Source: Camelus dromedarius (lineage: Eukaryota). From it: a stretch of DNA of 64,000 nucleotides. The translations under genes were made by a program, and so were the position numbers. The notes under the pieces are model-generated. The model saw only the letters and a program-made list of their open reading frames with translations. It was not told where the DNA came from and did no database searches. Location: assembly GCF_036321535.1 (NCBI RefSeq), contig NC_087436.1:69132001-69196000 (forward strand), in the 5' to 3' direction. Positions 54,002 to 64,000 of the stretch are shown one piece after another; positions within the stretch are counted from its first letter, which is position 1; each line of letters opens with the position of its first letter.

Positions 54002-54019
54002 TCTCTGTACAGGCCACCA
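54002..54019 (-). promoter_or_regulatory. Primer binding site, tRNA-Ile(AAU)-type
   Basis: TGGTGGCCTGTACAGAGA, 3 nt after the 5' LTR; 15/18 match to TGGTGGCCCGTACGGGGA (recalled tRNA-Ile 3' complement), two mismatches at CpGs. Confidence 0.8.
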
Positions 54020-54022
54020 AAA

Positions 54023-54509
54023 TGTTGTGGAATCCGGTGGGACAGTGAGCAGGTGGTGTAAGAATTTACAAGAGACAAAGGAGGAGAATAGTAAAGGAGT
54101 TTATTTGGTACGCTGCCACAGACAGCAGTGGGCCAGACAGACGAGAGGTGCCTGTGTGTGCCCTGATGGTGAAAGCTTAGGGTCCTTTATGGGGAGGGGT
54201 TGGTGAACACAATGGGTTGGGGGCTGTGTAATCAGCTCATGCACAAGTTTCTGATTGGTTGTAGATGAAGTGAGGAAGTTAGGGTCCATGAAGGGGCAGT
54301 GGGATTTATGACTCTGAAAAGGATATGTGGGTCAAAACAAACCAGCCCGAGCTATTGTGAGAGTAGCCCATTTCCTAAGGCTATTAATGCTGCTAGGCAA
54401 ACACAAGTCAGGAAAGAATGTACTTTAACTTTTGAGGGATTGCAGGCGGACACCTGGGAGCCTAGGAATGGGGGTTGTTGGAAGTTGAAGGGTGCCAATT
54501 GGCCTCACA
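54023..54509 (-). repeat. 5' LTR
   Basis: Minus strand carries CCAAT box (AACCAATCAG 54251-54260), TATA-like CATAAA (about 54186-54191) and AATAAA (54100-54105). Confidence 0.95.
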
Positions 54510-55009
54510 GTCCTGACTCCTGCAGTCTGCATGTCCTCATGATTGATCAACCTGACCTCGAATTTCTGATTAACTTCTACCAGTTTATTTGACTTCATGG
54601 ATATTATTTCTTTGCCAGTCACTCTCAGCCACTGTCATCCATGGCTCTGGAATTCTAGATTTTTTTATAAATGACAAATTGACTTTTTGTAATTTCTCTA
54701 AACCAAAGAAGAGTCAGTAGAAAAATTCCACAATGGAAAAGGAGTGCAGTACATGAAAAAAAAAAAAAAAAGAACCTGGAATGGACAAAAAAACAGAAAC
54801 AGACATATAAAAAGGTGACCATTCATATTCATAATTAGAGATTTGCCAGTTAAATCAATGAAATACTTTATTTCCATATATTTTGGATTATTAGATTTAA
54901 TATTCACCATGGACCAGGCACCAAATAACTGGCACTCTAGTGCTGCTTTGATGGATGTCTGAACAGACTGGTTGGTGATGGGTGCAGAGATAAAAGCTAC
55001 ACGTGGGCC

Positions 55010-55950
55010 TGTTGGAGAGGAAAACTTTTTCCTTCTCTCCTTGGTTCATTGGCTGACTTAATACTTAAATTGCCATAAAACAAATTAACAAGGGAAAAGT
55101 TAGTTTTGTACTTATGAGATCCTGTAAAAATATGAGATTCAAAGAAGTGACCAAAGCATGCAGCTTTTATACCTTTTAGACAAAGAAGCAATACATTTGT
55201 GAAGAGTTGACAAGATAAAGGGGTTTGGGCTTGAGGTACTGTCTGGTCAGGACACTCAAGGTGACTTTTCTCTTGCTCTCTGTACATTCCCTGCTCAAGC
55301 AGCGCCTGTTTCACCTATACCCTACTCACCTGACTGACCTGCCTACATACTTGCGCCAGACCCCAGCTAATGATTGGTCTAACTCAAGCCACCCTGATAG
55401 CTTATGAAAGAGGTGATGAGGGGTGTGCCCCTCTGTTGATTTTCCTGGTAACCAGTGAGCGAACCTTTGTAACTGGTAACCTTCTCCTGCCCCCCTGAGC
55501 AAAGACTGTGTCCGTGTCCTGCTCTCTGTCTGCTGCACACAGTAGGGTGTCACTCCAGGACCTTGCTTCCAACATGTTAAGATCCCCCTATCCATTGAGC
55601 CATTGATATCTCTGTCGCCAACTGCGAGCTCTTTCTTCAGTCTTGAGGTTGGGCAAATACAGGCCTTGCAGGCCTGCATAGTGCAGCCCAACAGATTGCA
55701 AATTCATGAAGTAACAAAGTTTGTTTATACAGCCTTCTCAGCCCAGAGTTCCCTCTCTCTCTGTTGATAAGGATGGCTTCTACTCTCCTGGTATAGGGAG
55801 GGCAGCTGCACATGGGAGTTTGATATCTTGCTTTTAGGGCAATAATGGAGGCTCAGAATATCCTTGCACCAGCTGTTTGTTAAGTAACTTTAATAAAAAG
55901 TCATATGTCAAAGTGGCATATTTTGGAGTGGCACATTATATACGCCTTCA
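55010..55950 (-). mobile_element. MER34-like ERV1 solo LTR split by another LTR
   Basis: Minus strand begins TGAAGG...GCCACTCCAAAATATGCCACTTTG; two parts 55010-55239 and 55694-55950. Confidence 0.65.
55240..55693 (+). mobile_element. ERV1-type solo LTR nested in the MER34-like LTR
   Basis: TG...CA bounded GC-richer block ending ccttgcaggcctgcatagtgcagcccaaca. Confidence 0.6.
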
Positions 55951-56307
55951 GGAGTAACAGAATGGATGACCCTAACCAAGACTGAGCTAGCTATTACGTA
56001 AGGCAAGAGTCCAGCCTGCTAGTATGTCTATTCCATTATACATTTGGAGATCAGAAAAGTGGCCAACAGCGGGGCTGCCGACCCAGAGGAGCCTACTCTT
56101 AAGTTCCCCTTTGTCAGCTCTATCTGTCTCCACTTTCACAAACTTCATTTTAAAAGAAAGCCATGCCTCTTATTCACCTGAATTTTACCATGATGCAGTA
56201 AGGATGCAAAAACGTAAGGGATGCTAACAAATGAGACATTTGAAATATTGTCTGCTTTACCAGTTTTCAGTTTATTGTGTCTCAGCTCCAAATTCGGCTT
56301 TGCGATA

Positions 56308-56385
56308 CAGACATATCTTGTTTCACCGTGCTTTGCTTTATTGCGCTTTACAGGTATTGTGTTTTTTGACAAATTGAGGGTTTGT
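56308..56385. mobile_element. Tigger1 terminal fragment
   Basis: TA|CAGACATATCTTGTTTCACCGTGCTTTGCTTTATTGCGCTT is the reverse-complement counterpart of the right end of 37344-37654. Confidence 0.7.
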
Positions 56386-56804
56386 ATGTAGTTAGCTACT
56401 TCACTTCTGTGAATTTGTTGTTCGTATCCTTCATTCATTTTCACGTTGGACTTGTTTATTTTCATTGGAGATTTGTAGTAGTTCTCACTGTACAATGACT
56501 ACCAATCCTTTTTTAGTTACATATGTTGCAGGATAGATTAGAGAAAAATGATTTAAGACTATATGCATGATTTAACAATATTATCTATATGGCACCATAT
56601 TAGTTCTATTTTTCTTTAAAAATGTGTCAGTTTTGTACAGGGTTTGTATGGAAACTTCTGTGGTAAATTTTTCCTGTAATTGCCCAAGCATCCATAGTTT
56701 AATTTGTTTTAAAATAAATTATGTCTCAGGCTGGAGAATATTTGTCATATGATTTCAGTGTTTTTTTTCTTTAACTTTATTTGTGTATTTATTTTACAAT
56801 AGAT

Positions 56805-57735
56805 TTTTAAAATTGAAGTACAGTTGATGTACAATGTTATGTTACAGGTATACAATATAGTGGTTCACAACTTTTAAAAGTTGTATTCTAGTTATTATAA
56901 AATATTGGCTATATTCCCCATGTTGTACAATACATCCTTATAGCTTATTTTATACCTGATAGTTTGTACCTCTTAATCCTTCACCTCTATCTTTTCCCAC
57001 CCCCTACCCTCTCCCCACTGGTAACCACTAGTTCCTTCTCTACATCTGTGAGTCTGTTTCTTTTCTGTTATATTCACTAGTTTGTTGTATTTTTTTAGAT
57101 TCCACATGTATGTGGTATCTTACAGTATTTGTTTTTCTCTGTCTGACTTATTTCACTTAGTATAATGCCCTCCAAGTTCATCCATGCTGGACACCAGAAG
57201 CTAATACAACTTTTTAAATCAACTGTACTTCAATTAAAAAAGCAAACAACCCATTTAAAATATGGGCAGAAGAATTGAACAGACATTTTTCCAAAAGAGG
57301 AAATGCAGATGGCCAACAGGAGCATGAAACATCACCAGTATCAGGGAAATGCAAATCAAAATCACAGTGAGACACCATCTTACATCTGTCAGAATGGCCA
57401 CCGTCAAAAAGCACACAAATAACAAATATTGGCAAGGATGTGGAGAAAAGAGAATCCCTGTCCACTGTGGGTGGGAATGTAAAGCGGTGCAGCCACCATG
57501 GAAAACAATATAGAGGTTTCTCAAAAACCCAAAACAGAACCACCATATGGCCCAGCAATTCCACTCCTGGGCATAGACCTGAGAAAAATGAAAACATTAA
57601 TTCAAAAAGATGCATACTCCTCACTATAAACAGCAGTATTTTTTATAATTGCCAAGACATGGAAGCATCCTAAGTGCACATCAATAGATGAATGGATAAA
57701 GAAGATGTAGCATATATACACAATGGAATACAATT
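56805..57735 (-). mobile_element. 5'-inverted L1 insertion
   Basis: L1 3' UTR on - strand 56805-57187; L1 ORF2 end on + strand 57241-57735. Confidence 0.85.
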
Positions 57736-59044
57736 TATTGAGTGGTGGTTTTGACCAATAAGACAAGTATGCATTTCATCTCCTGGACCACTTTGATATA
57801 AAGTCCTTTCAGGACACGCAGTTTTCAAGAGTGCCTTCAGATTGCTTTCATTTGATTTACCAGTTTTCCATAAAATGTATGTAATTTCTGTATCCTGCTC
57901 ATTGTTCCTGATTATGTCAGTCATGGTGGGCCTAGGTTTAAAGAAAATGATGTCTGTATTATTTTTTTGTCATGATGACATATTGAATGTTTATGGGAGG
58001 GATGGGGCAATAGGCTAATGAGGAAAGAGGCAAAAGATTGACACACGATCTAAAATGTGGTACCATAGAATAAAAGCCATTATTTCAGTGTGTGTTCAAT
58101 GAACACATTAAATTTCATACCATATCTGCAAGTAGGTAAGTGATGCTGTGTCTTGTTTTGTAAGAATATATACAGATATAGATATAGATAGCACATATAG
58201 ATATATTCAGGTATATTTGGAGAGAATGAAAATTCAGTAAGTCCCTTTAGAGTACAAGTTAAATATTTTCTTACAGTAGAAAACTTAAATCTTATTACCA
58301 GAGGCTGAGTGAATATGGGAGTAAAAGAGATCAGGTGAATATTTTTAAAGTTAAGGAGAAAAAGAAAACTCAGTCATATATCAAGGCTTTTCACAAATAG
58401 CTCAGTTTTATAATAGGAAGCAGGTAGCAGTTGCTGTATTCCTAATTCCACAGACATTTTACTGGGACATGACTTAACCTGCATAAATGTAAATGACTTG
58501 CCATGGCTTTAGGTAAGAAGTGATTCTGAGGCTGGATGCACAGTAAAAACCAAGAAGTGTTAGTGGTCTCGCAAATGAAATGGAAGGGTGAATCTTTTTC
58601 ACAATTCCAATTATTGAACACTTCTGTAGTAAGATAAAAGTATAAAATTCTACAATAAAATAAAGTTAAAATTTTCAGAATATCCTCAAATATAATATGG
58701 AAAATATAGACTTTGTATTTTATTGTGTATATGCACACCCTGTGAAACACAGTTAAACTCAATTTCTTTTTAGTAAAATTTTGAATTAAAATGATAAATT
58801 TCAATATATACCCTTATAGTTTTATTTTTTTTTAATATCTCATTAGCTTTTCTCTTGGCATGACGTATTTCTAACTCTTAAGCAGGAAGAAAATCCCTTG
58901 AAAGCAAATTTTGATCTTTGATGCTAAATTGTGAAAAGTCCTTTTGTCACAGGAGGACAGGAACCTCATCATAACTCCTTCTTGCTGGAATCAACTGAAA
59001 CAGATCCATGTATGGGGTGTTCCTGCTTCAGGCCTCAGATAAAG

Positions 59045-59324
59045 CTACTCCCTTTTTTCCTTCTTTCCTGGTATAGGAAATTTCTTGCAGCAAAACAGAC
59101 AACATTTTGTGATGACAAAGAGAGCAACTGCCACACAGACCAGCAGGAACCCAGTCACATCCAGAGAGTGGTACTGGCACCAGGTGAGGTCGTGAGCGGC
59201 TGGCCGCAGGTGCTTGGCTCCTTTGTGGCGCATGACAAACTCGATCCAGAAGACTGCTCGGTCCAGGGGCTTTATAGGTTGATCGTGTTGAATGGTTGAT
59301 AACCTCATAGCATTCTGTTTGTAG
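59045..59324 (-). CDS. UGT2B-type UDP-glucuronosyltransferase, last exon (280 bp coding)
   Basis: cttcag|[47 protein letters not shown]...TM helix...KKEKRE then TAG (dilysine ER signal); paralog not assignable. Confidence 0.96.
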
Positions 59325-61296
59325 CTGAAGGAAAAGCAAATAGACATCAATTTTTACAATAAACTAAGAAAGATACATATGTGGAATCTTCATGCATATG
59401 GTAAAAATGAGTGCCACATCAAGTGGAAGAAAAATAGATTATTTTTCTCAGAGATGATTATAGAGATCTTAGCTTATGTGCTAGAATTTGTTGAATGCAT
59501 AGAATTTCAAGCTATGGAGAAAAGAGAGAAAATAGGATAGGACAGGTATTTGTAGCCAAAAGAATGGAATGAATTAGGTCCTGATGTGAAAAAAAAAAAG
59601 AACAATAGAAAAGATGTACATGATTTGACTGTTCAAAGTTTGTACTGTCTAGTAAGGAATTGTTAATAGACCTGTTGGACAAGTTTTAAAATACTATCAT
59701 AATGCAGAGATAGGAGGAAAATCCATATTGAGATTCAGAGACATGTCCAGCTGGGGCTGGTGAGCAGTTGGTATTGAGCATTAACTGGTATTTATCTTCT
59801 ATTAGTGAAGTGGTGGTTAAAAGTTGGAAGTGATTGCCTTGTTTTGAATCTGACTCTGACATTTGCCTTGATGCCTGCTTTATTATTCTTCTTTCCTCAG
59901 TTTTTCACTGATAAATAGGATGGATAGGAATGGTATCTGATCTGATTATTTGGAGGAATAATATATCGATTCTTAAGTATTCCTGGCATACAGTAGACTC
60001 TTAGTAAACGTTTGCTAGTATTGGTGGTGTTTTTCTTGTGAGTGATTTTAGAATCTGGCGAGTGCTCAACATTTCACTTTCTGGCATTGCAGTTGCATTT
60101 GTTTCTAGTGTTGGAATGACTATGGACTAACAGACAAGGAGGAAGGGAGGAATAAAGAGATATGGCTCACAAACTCTAAATCACAAAGTGCAGTAGCATG
60201 GCACTGAAACAATAACAAGGAGGTAAAATCTCTTTGTGTTCTGTATAAAGCACAGGAGGAGCCTTGGGTTTTTCAGAGGAGACACTTATGTGACATTTTT
60301 GTAATGCAATAGGGAAACACTACTATGAAGAAGGTACTTAATATATGCAAAGGACTTAATACAATGTGTAGCATATAGCAAACATTCTGTATCTAGCAGC
60401 TAATAAATTATCTTCATTTTTGATACCAGCTTTACATTATTAAAAATCGAAAGTGGTATAAGTATTCCACAGGGTTGCAATTTTACATTAAACAGTTACT
60501 ACAAATTTTGGCTGTATTCCCATTGTTGCTCATAACATATTTGAGCGCATATTGCATCCAAAGTTTGTATCTCCTAGTCCACCACCCTTATGTTTCCCCT
60601 CCCACTTCACTGGTGTTGTGTAGCTTTTTTTCTGCATCTGAAAGTCTGCTAATATTTTGATCTCATCCCTGATAAAAGGAAACAACTAAATCTTTCTAAT
60701 TTACCCAATAATGACTACTTAGATACTACTTATGAATGTAGGTATATTCTTAGTTTTTTTGGTTTTACTTGTTTTTGTCTATTTATAAGACATATGTTGG
60801 TATATTTCTGTTTCAAAGAGATAATATTTGGTTTCCAAATCATTTGAGGATTTTTATGAATTTTGATATTATTATTAATATTATCATAACTATTGTATGT
60901 ATTTTCTCCCTTTTGTTTCATAATGACTTTATAAAGAAAACATTTTGAGAATGTGTTGGTAATAATAGCAATGGGAGAATAATGCAAAGGGAGAAAATAT
61001 TTACATATAAATCCTCTTAATCCTTATGTTACCATTTCAGTGACTCTTTTCATTCTAATGATTAGCTCTTTCAAAATTTCTCCATTTTCCTTAAACCTCT
61101 GAAGAAGCTATCCACTAAAACCACTGAAACAAACTTTATGTGACACTCCCAGTAGGCTATTGTAGACTATTCAAAGCCCTGTGCAACTCTTACTCTTCAT
61201 TGTGTTTATGAGAAGATACATTGCTACCTCCCTGGCCTCCCTATGAGAACTTCTCTAGACAGAGTATGTAGTAGAAAAATATACATGTATACTCAC

Positions 61297-61516
61297 GAAG
61301 GATTATTAATGACTTGGTTCAATGCATTGAGCAAATCTGTTGTTGACATTTTACTGAAGTCCAGCCTGACAGCTGCCCCCTTGACTGTCATGCGAGCGAT
61401 GTTATCGGGTTGGTCAGCAAACAAAGGAATGCCCACCATAGGGATCCCGTGGTAGATGGCCTCATAAATGCCGTTGGTTCCACCATGAGTTATAAAAGCT
61501 TTGGTTTTTGGATGAC
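61297..61516 (-). CDS. UGT2B-type exon 5 (220 bp)
   Basis: cctag|GTCATCC...CCTTC|gtgagt; [42 protein letters not shown] (UGT signature). Confidence 0.96.
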
Positions 61517-62611
61517 CTAGGATTGAGTGAATTTCAGTAAAATGATTAATTAATGTTAGAAATCAAATGAGAACTGGCCATTACAAGGCAGTGAAAGAAG
61601 CAGTGTCCTTTCGATAACAGATGATTATACACATGAAACTGCATTTCAACTGCTTTCAGAACTCAGATCAGGAAGCCACTCAGTCTGCTGGAGAGGGAAG
61701 TGAAGCCTTCATGAAAGGAGTGCTGTGTGAGTTGAATTCACAAATGTACTCCAGATTGTCAGGTGAACAAATGGAAAGAACATTCTGGGTAAAAGAAACC
61801 ACATGAGCAATTAAGGGTGAGAATATGTCAAAAATATAGTCTCTTAAGGAAATAGACATTTAGTCTGATAGGAAGGGTGTCAAGGCAACAGGAAAGATAA
61901 CGGTCGTGACACTGAGACCAGAGGAAGGAAAAGCTGCATTTTATCATGAAATGTGTTACGGCTTCATGAAAACAATTCTGAAGTATTTTCCTATAGAACA
62001 TGGGGAGTCACTGGTAATAAAAAGGAGCTGCTGTATTTCAGGGGCATTTAAAATACCCATAAGATGGGAAAAGAGAGATGTATGGAGAGAATTTAGAGGC
62101 AAAGCGATAATCCAGGATGTTCTTGATAATTTTACTTAGAGAAATAATTACAACCAATATAAAGATTCTGTCCATAATAGATGTGACTCTTTAATAAAAA
62201 GCCACCTGTTACACAGAGAACAAATTTACTGATACCTGGGGTAAAGGGGGGTGGAAAGGGATAAGTAAAGAATTGGAAATTTGCACCTCTTGGAGAGTGA
62301 TCTAAATGTTGGCCATCTTGATTGTGTTGGAGGTTTTATTGGTGTATACCTCTATCAAAATTCATCAAATTGTACATCCGAAAAACATGTAGTTTACTGT
62401 ACAGGAGTCGTACCATAATAAGGGTGTTAAAAAAAAGCCGACCTTTATATTTTATTTGTTTTCCCCTAGGACAGGAAAGAACAATGAAGATTCAGAGTGT
62501 TCCTTTTGCATGCTTGAGTAATAAGTGCTGAGTAAGTTGGTTTCTTGTCCCAGTGCTCTCACTCCCTCAGCTGTTACTCTTGTTTCCAGCATTTGTTCTC
62601 CCAGGTCTCAC

Positions 62612-62699
62612 CAAGAAGGTCGTTCTGGGGGATCCACTTATACAGCCGAGTATTGGGTCCTAAGGTATCTGGTTTCTTGCCGTTGAATCTCCAAAGAAC
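62612..62699 (-). CDS. UGT2B-type exon 4 (88 bp)
   Basis: aacag|GTTCTT...CTTCTTG|gtgaga; [29 protein letters not shown]. Confidence 0.96.
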
Positions 62700-64000
62700 C
62701 TGTTAGGGTGAAGTAGATAGCTTATTCATGAGTTGAACTTCAAAGTTATAGCACGTTAGAATTCTAAAGAGATGAAAAGACATCCAGTTAAATGCCTTCC
62801 ATACGACAGGTCAGGAAATGAGGACAGCAGATCCTAAGTAGGGATGACTAGTAATGCACTGACATCAATAGGAATACCCACATTCTGTGTACTTATTTTT
62901 ATGTTCAATCAGGTATGGAATGAATCATGACATTTCACACATGATGTTATTGACAAACTTCTCAATGACAAATTCAAGTATTTGGGAAATTGTTAGGTAT
63001 TCTTGATTCTAGTGAATTAAAACAGTGGCAAATTAGTAATAATCTTCACATTTGTTTTGATTTATTTTATATACTAGCACTCATTTTCAATTTTGGTATC
63101 CACTGGTTTATTTCTTTTTCACTCATAAAATGGAGTTTACTTGTATCCAGTCATTAATATAACTTTTTTTTATCAGTTTTATATCTTTTGATTTAGTAAA
63201 AGGAAAATGCCTACAGTTAGTCACTTAAGAGAAATATTTCTGCTTATTTATAATTTATTAATGATAAGATAATTAATGCTGCTTAGGAGGTACAACTTCT
63301 TTTAGATTACAAATTGTTAAGCGCCTCTTCCAAAAAAAAAGACAATTATTGTTTTTTGATGTAAATCCAGATTATTGCCACTATTAGTAGCTCTGAAAAT
63401 TTTTAAGTTTAGAAAAGAGGAGCATGTTGGTAATTTACAAGTAACAATAAGGCTGTTGAAAAAGCTCCAAAATAGGGATACTAAAATTTATTCAACTGAC
63501 CCCGAACACTTCAACAGTGAAGCACAATGCATTGACAGCAGTGGTTAATGTGGTTTTTATACTCAATACCAAAATAAGATACCTATTTTGGACTTCCTAG
63601 CAATTCTCATAAGCTGGATTATAATTTAACTGGTGTTTCATTTCTGTTTGCTATGTGAATGAAATGACTAAGTTCTCAACAAAAAATTAGCATAGGTGTT
63701 TGTGAGAAGACCACAATATCGGATAGTAAAAAGTAGTTCGTAAATAACAAAAGATCCCAGGTGTATTTTATTTACTAGAGAATAAGTTACTATATAATAT
63801 GGAGAAGGAGGCAGCAGAATCTTTTCCATGCCAGTCTTCCTTATGTTTGACTCTTGCCCTTCTCCCTCCTCAGTCAGGAAGAGTAACCTGATAGGCTGGA
63901 AGCAGAGTTCATTAAGGTCCACACTTTATAATGCATAGGATCCACCTTAAGGGCAGGACCCCATCTCCATCCTTTCTCTTTCATCTTCCTGCTTTAGGCT

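Larger units (their letters stand above)
45450..54509 (-). mobile_element. Full-length defective class I (gamma-like) endogenous retrovirus, 9060 bp
   Basis: Two 487-bp direct-repeat LTRs (TG...CA) offset 8573 bp, PBS, gag-pro-pol-env remnants, PPT, imperfect 5-bp TSD ATCCT/GTCCT. Confidence 0.96.

Noticed and set aside
57214..57673. Overlapping 77-136 aa ORFs
   Set aside because: Sense and antisense readings of L1 ORF2 remnant
58931..59339. Antisense and alternate-frame ORFs over the UGT last exon
   Set aside because: Shadow ORFs of the real coding exon
1..64000. CRISPR arrays, operons or prokaryotic defence systems
   Set aside because: Sequence is intron-containing mammalian DNA; no repeat-spacer array seen

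Overview
AT-rich mammalian genomic DNA, probably camelid (a vic-1-like tRNA-derived SINE is present). Positions 1-30300 hold the nuclear m6A reader gene YTHDC1 on the + strand: most of intron 1, coding exons 2-17 (all GT-AG, frame intact, YTH aromatic cage intact) and the 3' UTR; exon 1 lies upstream of the window. The intergenic region is repeat-rich (L1 fragments, a Tigger MITE nested in L1, ERVL and ERV1 LTR remnants) and contains a full-length but coding-defective class I (gamma-like) provirus on the - strand (45450-54509). The last three exons of a UGT2B-type glucuronosyltransferase follow on the - strand. Best leads: (1) a CpG-dense patch inside the decayed integrase with YY1/E2F/ETS-like motifs, an ATG and a consensus splice donor, a candidate exapted antisense promoter/first exon; (2) LTRs nearly identical in the middle but 11-21% diverged at the ends, suggesting inter-LTR gene conversion; (3) a GGACT cluster in YTHDC1 intron 11 bounded by an alternative donor, consistent with m6A-based autoregulation. 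All alignments and counts were done by eye; repeat family names are from recall.
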